Assembly (NCBI GenBank): GCA_046563655.1
Contig: CM102284.1
Span: 3,906,001 to 3,970,000, forward strand
Reading direction: 5' to 3'
Origin: Yuukianura sp. NJ FZ-2021
Taxonomy: Eukaryota
Length of the DNA stretch: 64,000 bases
Below are positions 14,494 through 22,778 of the stretch, in pieces. Below the pieces are notes generated by a model, which did not search any database, was not told the DNA's origin, and was given only the letters and a program-made list of their open reading frames with translations. A program made the position numbers and the translations under genes. How positions within the stretch are numbered: the stretch's first letter is position 1; every line of letters starts with the position of its first letter.

Positions 14494-14878
14494 TGTAGTA
14501 AGTAAGAGATTCGGAAGAATACTGATGATTTATTCAGAGATTCCAGAAATATTTATACTAAGCAAAAAGGTATTGTCCTTAGCTAAGGGTCTGTTTGTAA
14601 CATAATAAAAGGACAGAAAGTATAAAACTGGAATGGAGAGCAAAAACAGTTTTTGGGGTCACCTAATGCTATTGCATGGGTGACCGTCATATGAGGACTT
14701 TTATGACAGTAAAAGTCCTTGCACTTTTAGAATGTCGAAAAGGGAGATTGAAAACAAGTCGGCAGATTCTCAAAAGATTTTAAGAAACTGGATCAAAAAC
14801 AGGATGCTACTTTTATGGTTAGGTCAAGTGACCTGACCTTAAACTTTTTACAAAAACTGAAACTTATTTTTAATTACA
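14494..14878 (-). repeat. 3' LTR (385 bp)
   Basis: Direct repeat of 21527-21910. Starts TGTA and ends TACA. The only difference I see is TTTTTAC vs TTTTGG near 14845. Confidence 0.97.
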
Positions 14879-14890
14879 CGACCCCTCAAT
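14879..14890 (-). promoter_or_regulatory. Polypurine tract overlapping the polyprotein stop codon
   Basis: Minus strand ATTGAGGGGTCG immediately precedes the 3' LTR, in the usual copia TTGAGGGG context. Confidence 0.7.
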
Positions 14891-16493
14891 CTCGATTTTC
14901 CATTTGAATTCCATCGGATGGATCCTGGTTTGCAATCCGGGCGGTGACGTTGATCTTCTTCCGAGTCATCGTGAGGTAGATGAGAATTGCCAAAAATAGA
15001 AGTATCAACGTGAGTAGGGCAATGAAGGCGATGAACCAGGGCGAGTGCTTGCTTCCTTTGTCTTCCATGGTGGCGGCTGGACCGACTGGAATATCCTTGG
15101 TCGCTTTAACCTTTGCGATGATTTCGTCCAAGTTGAATTTCGGTTGAAGATGCCAGTTAGTCTGGAACGTGAAAGATGGCGCCAATGTTTCTTCGTGCTC
15201 CAACTTGAATTCATTTCCTTTGTAGTACTGGTTGTTGATGTGGAAGTTAGAGGCGAGTGGAAGCAAGAAGGTTCCGTTTGGGCATTCCTTTGTGACGGAA
15301 CCAACAGTTATGTTGTTTCCTGCGCAGTAGACGTGGTAGTACTTGTCGAAGTACTTAATTTGAACGAACGACGCGGCATCATTCTCATGTTTCGGATCGC
15401 ATTTTCCCATCGAGAAGAATGAAGACGGGTTTGGAAGTGATCCGCTCGAGACACACTTTGTGTCGGCTAAGTAAACCATATCTCCCTTGTTGACATTTGT
15501 AGTTATGATGCAGTCCTTGTCGGTGGAAATGACAGCGTTCTGTGGTCCGACGTAGTTGATCGTGCATGTCTCGTTTTCTGTTTGATGCATTTGGACAAAA
15601 GCATCGGCTTCCACGAGATGGGCTTGCTTGTTAACGACTGGAACCGTGAAGTCCATGTATAGCTTAGTCTTGTCGTAGGACATCCAGCAGTTCTGCGGAG
15701 TTCCGTGTTGAAGCGGGCAGTCATCTTTGCACGGAAGTGTCAAGTTGAAAAAGTCAAACAAAGGAGCATAGAGCTTCCTTGTACTCCATTTCCTCCTTGC
15801 TTCTTTGATGACTTGATTTCCATAAAGTAGACGGCTTGTGATGTAAGAAATTCCGAAGATGGTGTCTACTTGCGAAGCTTTCAATGTTTGAAAATCTGAT
15901 TCGTGTTCTTTCAGATAGTCAGCCAGCGTTTTCAAATTTTGGTTCAGCTCGTTGATCGCGGTTTCTGCTGCGAGGAGTCGGGCTGCTTCGGCTTCAAGTC
16001 GTTTTTCTTGTTCGGCCATTAAGTTCTGGACGTTCAGCAACTCGTTTTTTGTTTGTACTGCAATGACGGTTCCGGTAATACCGACAGCGATTCCGACAAT
16101 GGCAGTGATGATGATGGCGCCTGCTATTACCATCAGCGTAACGAATCGTTTGTGCTGTCCAAGTTCACGTTTGGATTGATGATGAATCTCGGTTCTTTCG
16201 GTTCCTGGGCAGAGAATTTGGATTTCATCCAAAAATAGCTCTTTGTATATTTTGTTGCATTTTGTTTGTGCTGGTATGACAAGATCCGGGTGCATGGTCG
16301 AGTTATTGAGTAGTTCACAAGGACTGAGAAGCTTTACCAATAGATGTACTTGATTAATTCCACTTGTAACTGGAAGCTTCGAGGGCTTCCAAATCACTGG
16401 TTGTGTCATCATCCATGCGTTTGTTGTGCAAAACAAACACATGATGATGAGCATAGTCACAAGCCGTGACAACTTGCTTGCAACAGGTGGCAT
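14886..16493 (-). other. Env-like domain with class I fusion glycoprotein architecture, fused in frame to Pol
   Basis: Signal-like hydrophobic segment, KR|F site followed by a ~29-aa hydrophobic peptide, heptad repeat, Cys-rich ectodomain with N-x-S/T sequons, C-terminal TM helix and short tail. Confidence 0.8.
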
Positions 16494-19400
16494 AGAAAGT
16501 CCAAGTTTTTCCACCATTGAAGAATGTTTTGTTTTCTGAAGCGTTTTTGTAAAGATGTCTGCTTTTTGTTCCGCTGAGGGAACGTATTTAACTTCAATTG
16601 TCTTGTTAGCGGTAAGTTCGCGGATGTAGTGGAATTTAACATCTATGTGCTTGGTCCGTTTGTGAAATTCTGGATTTTGAGATAGCTTGATGGTACTCTG
16701 GTTGTCGACGAAGATCTGCGTGGGGCTGTCTTGCTTAATTCCAAGTTCTTCAATTTGGGCTCTCAACCAGACTGCTTCTCTTGAAGCTTCGGCTAAAGCA
16801 ATGTATTCGGCTTCTGTTGAGGACATTGCTATTATAGGTTGTTTCACTGATTTCCAGCTGATAAGTGAATTTCCAAGGAAGAAGACGAATCCGCTTGTGG
16901 ACTTTCGATCATTTTTGTCTCCGGCAAAGTCTGAGTCGGAAAATCCGATTAGTTCCAAGGAGCTCCCTCTTTCGTAGCTTATTCCAAAGTTTGGAGTTCC
17001 GGAAAGATAGCGGAGAATGTTCTTTGCTTGATCCCAATGCGTATTGTCATACGCATTGTTGAATTGTGAGAGCTTGGATACAGCGTATGCAATGTCAGGG
17101 CGAGTCAACCGACTTAGGAATAGTAATGCCCCAATAAGTTGTTGAAACGGCAAGTTCTTAGAACATTCCTTCGCGGCTACTAGTTCCACAGTGGGCTGAA
17201 GTGGAGTGGATATGGCTTTACATTCTTGCATATTGAATTGAAGGAGTAACTGCTTCACATATCTTTGCTGGCAGATGAAGTACCCCTGGTCCCATGTAGT
17301 AATTTCGAGACCAACAAAAGTCTCAGCACTGTTGAACGTCAATGTAAAGAATTCCTGAATGCCTTCAACTACTTTAAGTGCCATCTTTTGATCTGGTGCA
17401 GAGATGAGGCAGTCATCTACGTAGAGTCCCAAGTAGATCGGCTGTTTTGTGCTTGAGGCAATGAAGATGGAGTTGTCACTTGGAAGGGCTTTGAATCCAA
17501 GTGAGGACAAAGCTTGCGTGAATTTCTCATTCCAACATCTTGGGGATTGCTTCAGACCGTACAAACTTTTGTTTAGTTTGCACACGACGTTTCCATTGAC
17601 AGTGACACCTTGTGGAACTTCCATGAAAATTTGCTCTTTGAGGTCCCCGTGAAGAAATGCGGTTTTGATGTCCATTTGCAGTAGAGTGTGTTTCAGAGCA
17701 GCTGAGATGGCTAAGATAATTCGAAGCGATTCAAATCTGCATACGGAGGCAAATGTGTCCTCATAGTCGATTCCGTACTGTTGTTGGAATCCTCGAGCGA
17801 CAAGACGAGCTTTGAAGAGCTCAGCGCCATCTGTCCCAGTCTTTATGCGGTAGATCCAGCGGCTATCCAGAGTTTTTGTGTTCACTGGTCTTGGGACAAT
17901 TGTCCATGTCTTGTTAGTCTCATGGCTTTGGATTTCTTCTTTCATTGCTTGAATCCATTGAGCTGAGTCTCCGCTTCTGATTGCTTCATTGTAGTTCGAC
18001 GGAGTCTCTCTCACTTGAGCCATATTAGCTTGGTACTTTGTGGGCGTTTTGAGAGATTTTCGATCTCTTAGTTCCATTTCGAAGGGCTTTTTCTTCTTTC
18101 GAAGGTCAATTTCAACCGATTTGTTGATCGGAACATTCGTAACAAAGTTTCCATCATTGGTTTGGACGCACACTTCCATTGTAGGCGTGGCTTGTATTGC
18201 TGAAAGATCCTCAGGATCCATAGGTTCAGTGTCGGCATTGCTGATATCAAGCTCTTCTTCGTCCTCTTCTTTTACGTCTTCTTCATTACCAAGATCGCTA
18301 TCTGTCTCCTGCTTTGCGTCTTCCTCGGCCTCTTCCTTAGGGAAAACTTCTGATACAGCTGATCTGATGATGACCCGTTGATCCGAGGACTTCTCCTCTT
18401 CGCTAAAAGAAACATTTCTGGCTTCCACGATTTGTCGCGTTTCTGGATTGTATAAACGGTACTGGCCATTTGAATAGCCAACAAAAATCATCTTTTGACT
18501 TTTGGGCTTCCAGACAGATCGTTTGCTTGCTGGGATGTGCATATAAGCTGTGCATCCGAACACACGTAAGTGCGCTAACTTGGGTTTCTTCTTGAAGATT
18601 TGCTCGTAAGCGGTAGTTTCGCCAGATTGCCTATTGATGACTCTGTTTAGGACGTAAACAGAGGTCGCTACTGCTTCTCCCCACAAATGGGTTGGTGTTT
18701 TGAACTCTTGAAGAAGAGTTCTGGCTGCCTCTTTAACTGTGCGGATGTCACGTTCTATTTTCCCGTTGGACTCGGGACAATAAGCTGAAGAAGTTTCGTG
18801 TGTAATTCCGCGATCCGCTAGATGGCTCTGAAGTTCGTCATTGACGAACTCAGTGCCATTATCTGTTCGTAGTGTTTTGAACGTATTTCCGGTTTTGTTC
18901 TCGATGAACTTGATGTAGTCCTGAACGGCTCTTGGTGCTTCTGATTTTTGTTTCAGGAAGTAAACAACTTTGAATCCGGATGCTTCATCTTTCACTAGGA
19001 GGAAGTAGCTTGCACCTCCTAGTGAAGTAACAGCAATTTTTCCACTGAGGTCTGCGTGGGCCATCTCGCCAACAAGACAGCTTCGCTTTGAAGTTGATGA
19101 TGGGAAGGGCTTCCTAGTTTCCTTCCCTAGATGGCAGGCGTCGCAGTTTAACTTTGCTCGTTCGCTGAAGTTCTTGATTCCCGTGGCTGCTTCGTTTTGG
19201 ATCGTGGCTGCAACGTAACTTGAGTTGATATGGCACAAGCGTTTGTGCCATAAGATGCTTTCGTCAATCCTGGATTTAAGTGCATGTTGGGCTTGAAGTG
19301 GCTTGAAGTCCATGATGTAGAGTCCGTTTTGGAAGTAGGCTGTAGGACCGGGCTCTCCGGTGTCTTTTGTGAACATTGTTGCTTGGGCGTTTCTAGTGAT

Positions 19401-20519
19401 AACGTACCCCTTCTGTGCCATAATCGTCTCGGAAAACAGATTCGATGCGTTTGGGATGTAGAGTACTTCCTCAATAATTTTCTTTTCAAATTTGCCACCA
19501 ATTTTTGCTTCTACAAGAATATCACCTTGTCCAAGGGCTTGGACTGGTGAGCCTGACGTTTGGTGAACTTCTTTCTTAATTAAGAAAGGCTTATAAGAAG
19601 TGAAAAAATCTTTATTGCCACAAATGTGTTGGGAGGCTCCGGAATCGGAGTACCATACTAGTTTATCATTACTAGTGGTATTGGCCATTGCTGCATAATG
19701 TGGTGTCTTGTCTTCTCCTTGGGTGATTACGTTGATTTGCTTCATCTGGTTGGCCAGAAGACGTACTTCAGTCTTCATGCGTAGGTACTTCTGAATGTCG
19801 TATCCTGGCGGGATGCCCATCCTTCGCTTTTTGGTGGCTCGGGTCCGCTCTGCTGGTTCTGGATCGGAGTTCTCCGGCTTCAGTGTGCATATGTTCATGA
19901 CGTAGAGGCCATCTTTGCGCGTTGCAGTCATGTCGAAGTCACCATTTTGTCCATAGTACTGAGTACTAAAGTGATTTCTTGAAATTAGATAGCCTTTTGA
20001 TGTCAGGACGCTTTCAGAGATGATGTTGCGGAAGCCTGGCACAAACCAGACGTGGGTTAGCTTGACGTGGCAGAATTGAACATCAGCGTCATCTTGGAAA
20101 TGGCGTGTCGTCTCATTCTGTTTGATGAGGATGTTCACATCTCCGTATCCGGTTGCCTGAGCCTTTTGGCCATTGGCCAATTCTACAGTTCTTCGCTGTG
20201 AAAATCGCTTGAAGTTGAACAGCCAAGCCCGATTCCCCGTCATGTGGTGAGAGGCACCGCTGTCGCTGACCCAGTCCCCTGGATCGACTATTCCACCTGC
20301 CATGAAGGCGGATGCAGATCTGTGCTGCTGTTGGCTCCCTTTTCCGCCATTGTTGCCGCAATGTTGCCCATTGTTGCCGTTTTGCTGTCCATTGTTGCCG
20401 TTCGATGTTGATGGGCTCCGGCATTCCTTCGCCCAGTGGCCACGGCGTCCACATTTCGCACAATTTGTTCTCTTTTGAGCTCCGCAATGTTTGTTTTCTT
20501 CTTTCCATTTGTTTGACAT
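14886..20519 (-). CDS. pol: Copia polyprotein: zinc knuckle, protease x2, integrase, RT, RNase H, env-like glycoprotein
   Basis: CAKCGRRGHWAKEC; DSGAS twice; HKRLCH..CDAC, HADL, RTDNGTEF, SNGKIER; FKARLVARGF, MDIKTAFLHG, SLYGLKQSPRCW, YVDD; FSDSDFAG, SSTEAEY, KHIDVKFH, ADIFTK; then about 535 extra residues. Confidence 0.95.
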   Translation of the reverse strand: MSNKWKEENKHCGAQKRTNCAKCGRRGHWAKECRSPSTSNGNNGQQNGNNGQHCGNNGGKGSQQQHRSASAFMAGGIVDPGDWVSDSGASHHMTGNRAWLFNFKRFSQRRTVELANGQKAQATGYGDVNILIKQNETTRHFQDDADVQFCHVKLTHVWFVPGFRNIISESVLTSKGYLISRNHFSTQYYGQNGDFDMTATRKDGLYVMNICTLKPENSDPEPAERTRATKKRRMGIPPGYDIQKYLRMKTEVRLLANQMKQINVITQGEDKTPHYAAMANTTSNDKLVWYSDSGASQHICGNKDFFTSYKPFLIKKEVHQTSGSPVQALGQGDILVEAKIGGKFEKKIIEEVLYIPNASNLFSETIMAQKGYVITRNAQATMFTKDTGEPGPTAYFQNGLYIMDFKPLQAQHALKSRIDESILWHKRLCHINSSYVAATIQNEAATGIKNFSERAKLNCDACHLGKETRKPFPSSTSKRSCLVGEMAHADLSGKIAVTSLGGASYFLLVKDEASGFKVVYFLKQKSEAPRAVQDYIKFIENKTGNTFKTLRTDNGTEFVNDELQSHLADRGITHETSSAYCPESNGKIERDIRTVKEAARTLLQEFKTPTHLWGEAVATSVYVLNRVINRQSGETTAYEQIFKKKPKLAHLRVFGCTAYMHIPASKRSVWKPKSQKMIFVGYSNGQYRLYNPETRQIVEARNVSFSEEEKSSDQRVIIRSAVSEVFPKEEAEEDAKQETDSDLGNEEDVKEEDEEELDISNADTEPMDPEDLSAIQATPTMEVCVQTNDGNFVTNVPINKSVEIDLRKKKKPFEMELRDRKSLKTPTKYQANMAQVRETPSNYNEAIRSGDSAQWIQAMKEEIQSHETNKTWTIVPRPVNTKTLDSRWIYRIKTGTDGAELFKARLVARGFQQQYGIDYEDTFASVCRFESLRIILAISAALKHTLLQMDIKTAFLHGDLKEQIFMEVPQGVTVNGNVVCKLNKSLYGLKQSPRCWNEKFTQALSSLGFKALPSDNSIFIASSTKQPIYLGLYVDDCLISAPDQKMALKVVEGIQEFFTLTFNSAETFVGLEITTWDQGYFICQQRYVKQLLLQFNMQECKAISTPLQPTVELVAAKECSKNLPFQQLIGALLFLSRLTRPDIAYAVSKLSQFNNAYDNTHWDQAKNILRYLSGTPNFGISYERGSSLELIGFSDSDFAGDKNDRKSTSGFVFFLGNSLISWKSVKQPIIAMSSTEAEYIALAEASREAVWLRAQIEELGIKQDSPTQIFVDNQSTIKLSQNPEFHKRTKHIDVKFHYIRELTANKTIEVKYVPSAEQKADIFTKTLQKTKHSSMVEKLGLSMPPVASKLSRLVTMLIIMCLFCTTNAWMMTQPVIWKPSKLPVTSGINQVHLLVKLLSPCELLNNSTMHPDLVIPAQTKCNKIYKELFLDEIQILCPGTERTEIHHQSKRELGQHKRFVTLMVIAGAIIITAIVGIAVGITGTVIAVQTKNELLNVQNLMAEQEKRLEAEAARLLAAETAINELNQNLKTLADYLKEHESDFQTLKASQVDTIFGISYITSRLLYGNQVIKEARRKWSTRKLYAPLFDFFNLTLPCKDDCPLQHGTPQNCWMSYDKTKLYMDFTVPVVNKQAHLVEADAFVQMHQTENETCTINYVGPQNAVISTDKDCIITTNVNKGDMVYLADTKCVSSGSLPNPSSFFSMGKCDPKHENDAASFVQIKYFDKYYHVYCAGNNITVGSVTKECPNGTFLLPLASNFHINNQYYKGNEFKLEHEETLAPSFTFQTNWHLQPKFNLDEIIAKVKATKDIPVGPAATMEDKGSKHSPWFIAFIALLTLILLFLAILIYLTMTRKKINVTARIANQDPSDGIQMENRD

Positions 20520-21151
20520 TGGAAGGCCTTGGAGGTGCTGGAAGCCGCTTGTGGCTTATTGTTGTGCTCCAGGTCTTCCTGCTTCAGACGGGCGAGCAGG
20601 TTCGGCATTGTCTGCTCAGCTTGAGTGACGCTAAACCACGCCTTGCGGAATCCCATGTACTTGTCTGGAAGCGCGGTGACAAGTTTCGTGATGACCACAG
20701 AGTCATCCACTGGACTGCCTATGTCTTTGAGGCTTCTGGAGAGCTTCTCCAGATCCTCAAATGCTTCTTGGAGAGTTTGATTTTCCTTGATTTTGTAGTT
20801 AAGGAAGGCTGAGAGCGTAAGCTGTTTGTTGAGCTGGCTGGCGTCGGAGTGGATGCTTTTAAGGCGATCCACTATCTCCTTGGACGTTCCACAGCTGATC
20901 ACGTGGCTTGTGTTTCGTTCATCAAGAGTTGGGATGACAAGAGCCTGGGCTTCATTGTCCAGTTCATCCCATGCTGGCTGGTCCTGGGCTTCAGCGGGGC
21001 GTGGCTTCGACCCATCGACGACGCCCATCAACTTGGCTGCTTTCAATATGGCGGTTATCTGGAACCGCCACACCTCGTAGTTTTTGTCATTAAGCTTCAC
21101 GACATGCGTAATGTCGACTTTCTTCTTGGTTGTTGTTGCTGGCGTAGACAT
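20288..21151 (-). CDS. gag: Copia Gag (N-terminal part); the reading frame shifts near 20474, before the zinc knuckle
   Basis: KLNDKNYEVWRFQITAIL...GVVDGS..RP...WDELDNEAQALV and KLVTALPDKY are typical copia Gag (UBN2-like) motifs. Confidence 0.9.
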   Translation of the reverse strand: MSTPATTTKKKVDITHVVKLNDKNYEVWRFQITAILKAAKLMGVVDGSKPRPAEAQDQPAWDELDNEAQALVIPTLDERNTSHVISCGTSKEIVDRLKSIHSDASQLNKQLTLSAFLNYKIKENQTLQEAFEDLEKLSRSLKDIGSPVDDSVVITKLVTALPDKYMGFRKAWFSVTQAEQTMPNLLARLKQEDLEHNNKPQAASSTSKAFQCQTNGKKKTNIAELKREQIVRNVDAVATGRRNAGAHQHRTATMDSKTATMGNIAATMAEKGANSSTDLHPPSWQVE

Positions 21152-21516
21152 TTCTTATTGTTTTAAATATTGTTCTTATGAAATTTAGAACAATAGGTGG
21201 GCTCCGGACACCTTTGACCACAGATACAACTCCGTGTCCAACGTTCCTCTCTAAGTCTCTAAGTCGACCCGTAGGATTGAGATGATAAGTGTCACTTAGT
21301 TACTTGGTGCACAACTAGCCAATTTCACCCTCCACGCGGGAGGAGCTTTTGACTGTATGCGTAACTTGGACAACAAATCTTTTCTCTGCGACTTGTTGAG
21401 CAATTAGAGTACAACTGTCAGACTTTGAGTGTACCCGAGCTTTCGGATGAAGAGAGCTTTCCCTATTGTTCAAAGATCTTGACTTTAAACGTTATTGTTT
21501 TTAGACAACCTCCTTA

Positions 21517-21526
21517 TCTGCTACCA
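21517..21526 (-). promoter_or_regulatory. Primer-binding site complementary to the 3' end of initiator tRNA-Met
   Basis: Minus strand reads TGGTAGCAGA directly after the LTR's CA, complementary to the metazoan tRNA-iMet 3' end (...UCUGCUACCA). Confidence 0.85.
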
Positions 21527-21910
21527 TGTAGTAAGTAAGAGATTCGGAAGAATACTGATGATTTATTCAGAGATTCCAGAAATATTTATACTAAGCAAAA
21601 AGGTATTGTCCTTAGCTAAGGGTCTGTTTGTAACATAATAAAAGGACAGAAAGTATAAAACTGGAATGGAGAGCAAAAACAGTTTTTGGGGTCACCTAAT
21701 GCTATTGCATGGGTGACCGTCATATGAGGACTTTTATGACAGTAAAAGTCCTTGCACTTTTAGAATGTCGAAAAGGGAGATTGAAAACAAGTCGGCAGAT
21801 TCTCAAAAGATTTTAAGAAACTGGATCAAAAACAGGATGCTACTTTTATGGTTAGGTCAAGTGACCTGACCTTAAACTTTTGGAAAAACTGAAACTTATT
21901 TTTAATTACA
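21527..21910 (-). repeat. 5' LTR (384 bp)
   Basis: Direct repeat of 14494-14878. On the minus strand it is followed immediately by the PBS. Confidence 0.97.
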
Positions 21911-22753
21911 GTCATTTTAAGCCATTGCATTCTATGTATATAGAATATCCGATCCCATTTTTCTGTTTTTTTTTATATTTGAAAATATTTGAAATTAAAT
22001 TAACAATAACAGCCCTTAAGGGGTACCGGATAGTAAATGTGAATTTAATGTGCCACTGAATTTGTCAGCATCTTCCTGCCCTTTGATGTCTCTTTTCTGT
22101 GGCGCTGGAAAGTACAATAGGACAGAAGGGCCCTCATGCCTCATCTTCCTGTCCAAAAAATAATTAGGCAAGGCACAAGGGCTGCAGTTATTATTGGAAT
22201 TAAGGGCCCCTCAACCCTTTCCCTCTTGTCCAGAGTGCCCTTTGATGTCCTGGACGACTGCCCTTCCCTAGACACTTTCTGAGTTTCTTTGGAAAGTAAA
22301 GTGTCCGACGGGATCCTTCGGAAGGTGTGCCTCTCCTCATCTTATTAAAAATTAACACAGGGGCCCTTCAAGTCCTTTATTACTTTGATGGGAGGTGATG
22401 GCGTTGGTGATGGGACGCAGATTACCAGGAGATTCAAAATTACTCTGTAGGCTTAACCTAGGGACTAGGGACCCTTCAAGATTCTCTTTCAGATTTTCAG
22501 ATCCCTGACCTAGGAGATGATGAGACGCGGCTGAAGACAAGTCAAGGTCATACGGACAGAAGATCAAGATACGTTGAACTCGGAATAGTGTTCGGAATTC
22601 TAGAGTTTTGGAAAAATTAACGTAAAACCATCTAACTAGAAGCCAGCTTATCGCCGAGAGGTAGCTATTGAAATAATTTTGTCAAATATTCCAAATGAGA
22701 CTGCCGGGAGTTTTTTAAATGATGTCGAGATTGGTCACCGGAATTAAAGGAGC

Positions 22754-22778
22754 GAGAGAGAGAGAGAGAGAGAGAGAG
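22754..22778. repeat. (GA)n microsatellite
   Basis: About 12 GA units. Confidence 0.9.

Larger units (their letters stand above)
14494..21910 (-). mobile_element. Full-length Ty1/copia LTR retrotransposon with duplicated protease and an env-like C-terminal extension
   Basis: Two near-identical TG...CA LTRs, 5-bp TSD GTCAT (14489-14493, 21911-21915), PBS and PPT. Domain order gag-PR-IN-RT-RH is diagnostic of copia. Confidence 0.97.

Noticed and set aside
20460-20500. Programmed -1 ribosomal frameshift as a firm call
   Set aside because: No canonical slippery heptamer, and the shift would leave Gag without its zinc knuckle. A single-base indel is simpler, so it is kept only as an open question.
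15005-21166. Many short overlapping or antisense ORFs inside the retrotransposon
   Set aside because: Shadow frames of the long gag/pol ORFs with no recognisable motifs.
14494-21910. Classification as gypsy/errantivirus or BEL/Pao because env is present
   Set aside because: Integrase precedes RT, and the RT/RNase H motifs (KARLVARGF, SLYGLKQ, YVDD, KHIDV) are copia-type.
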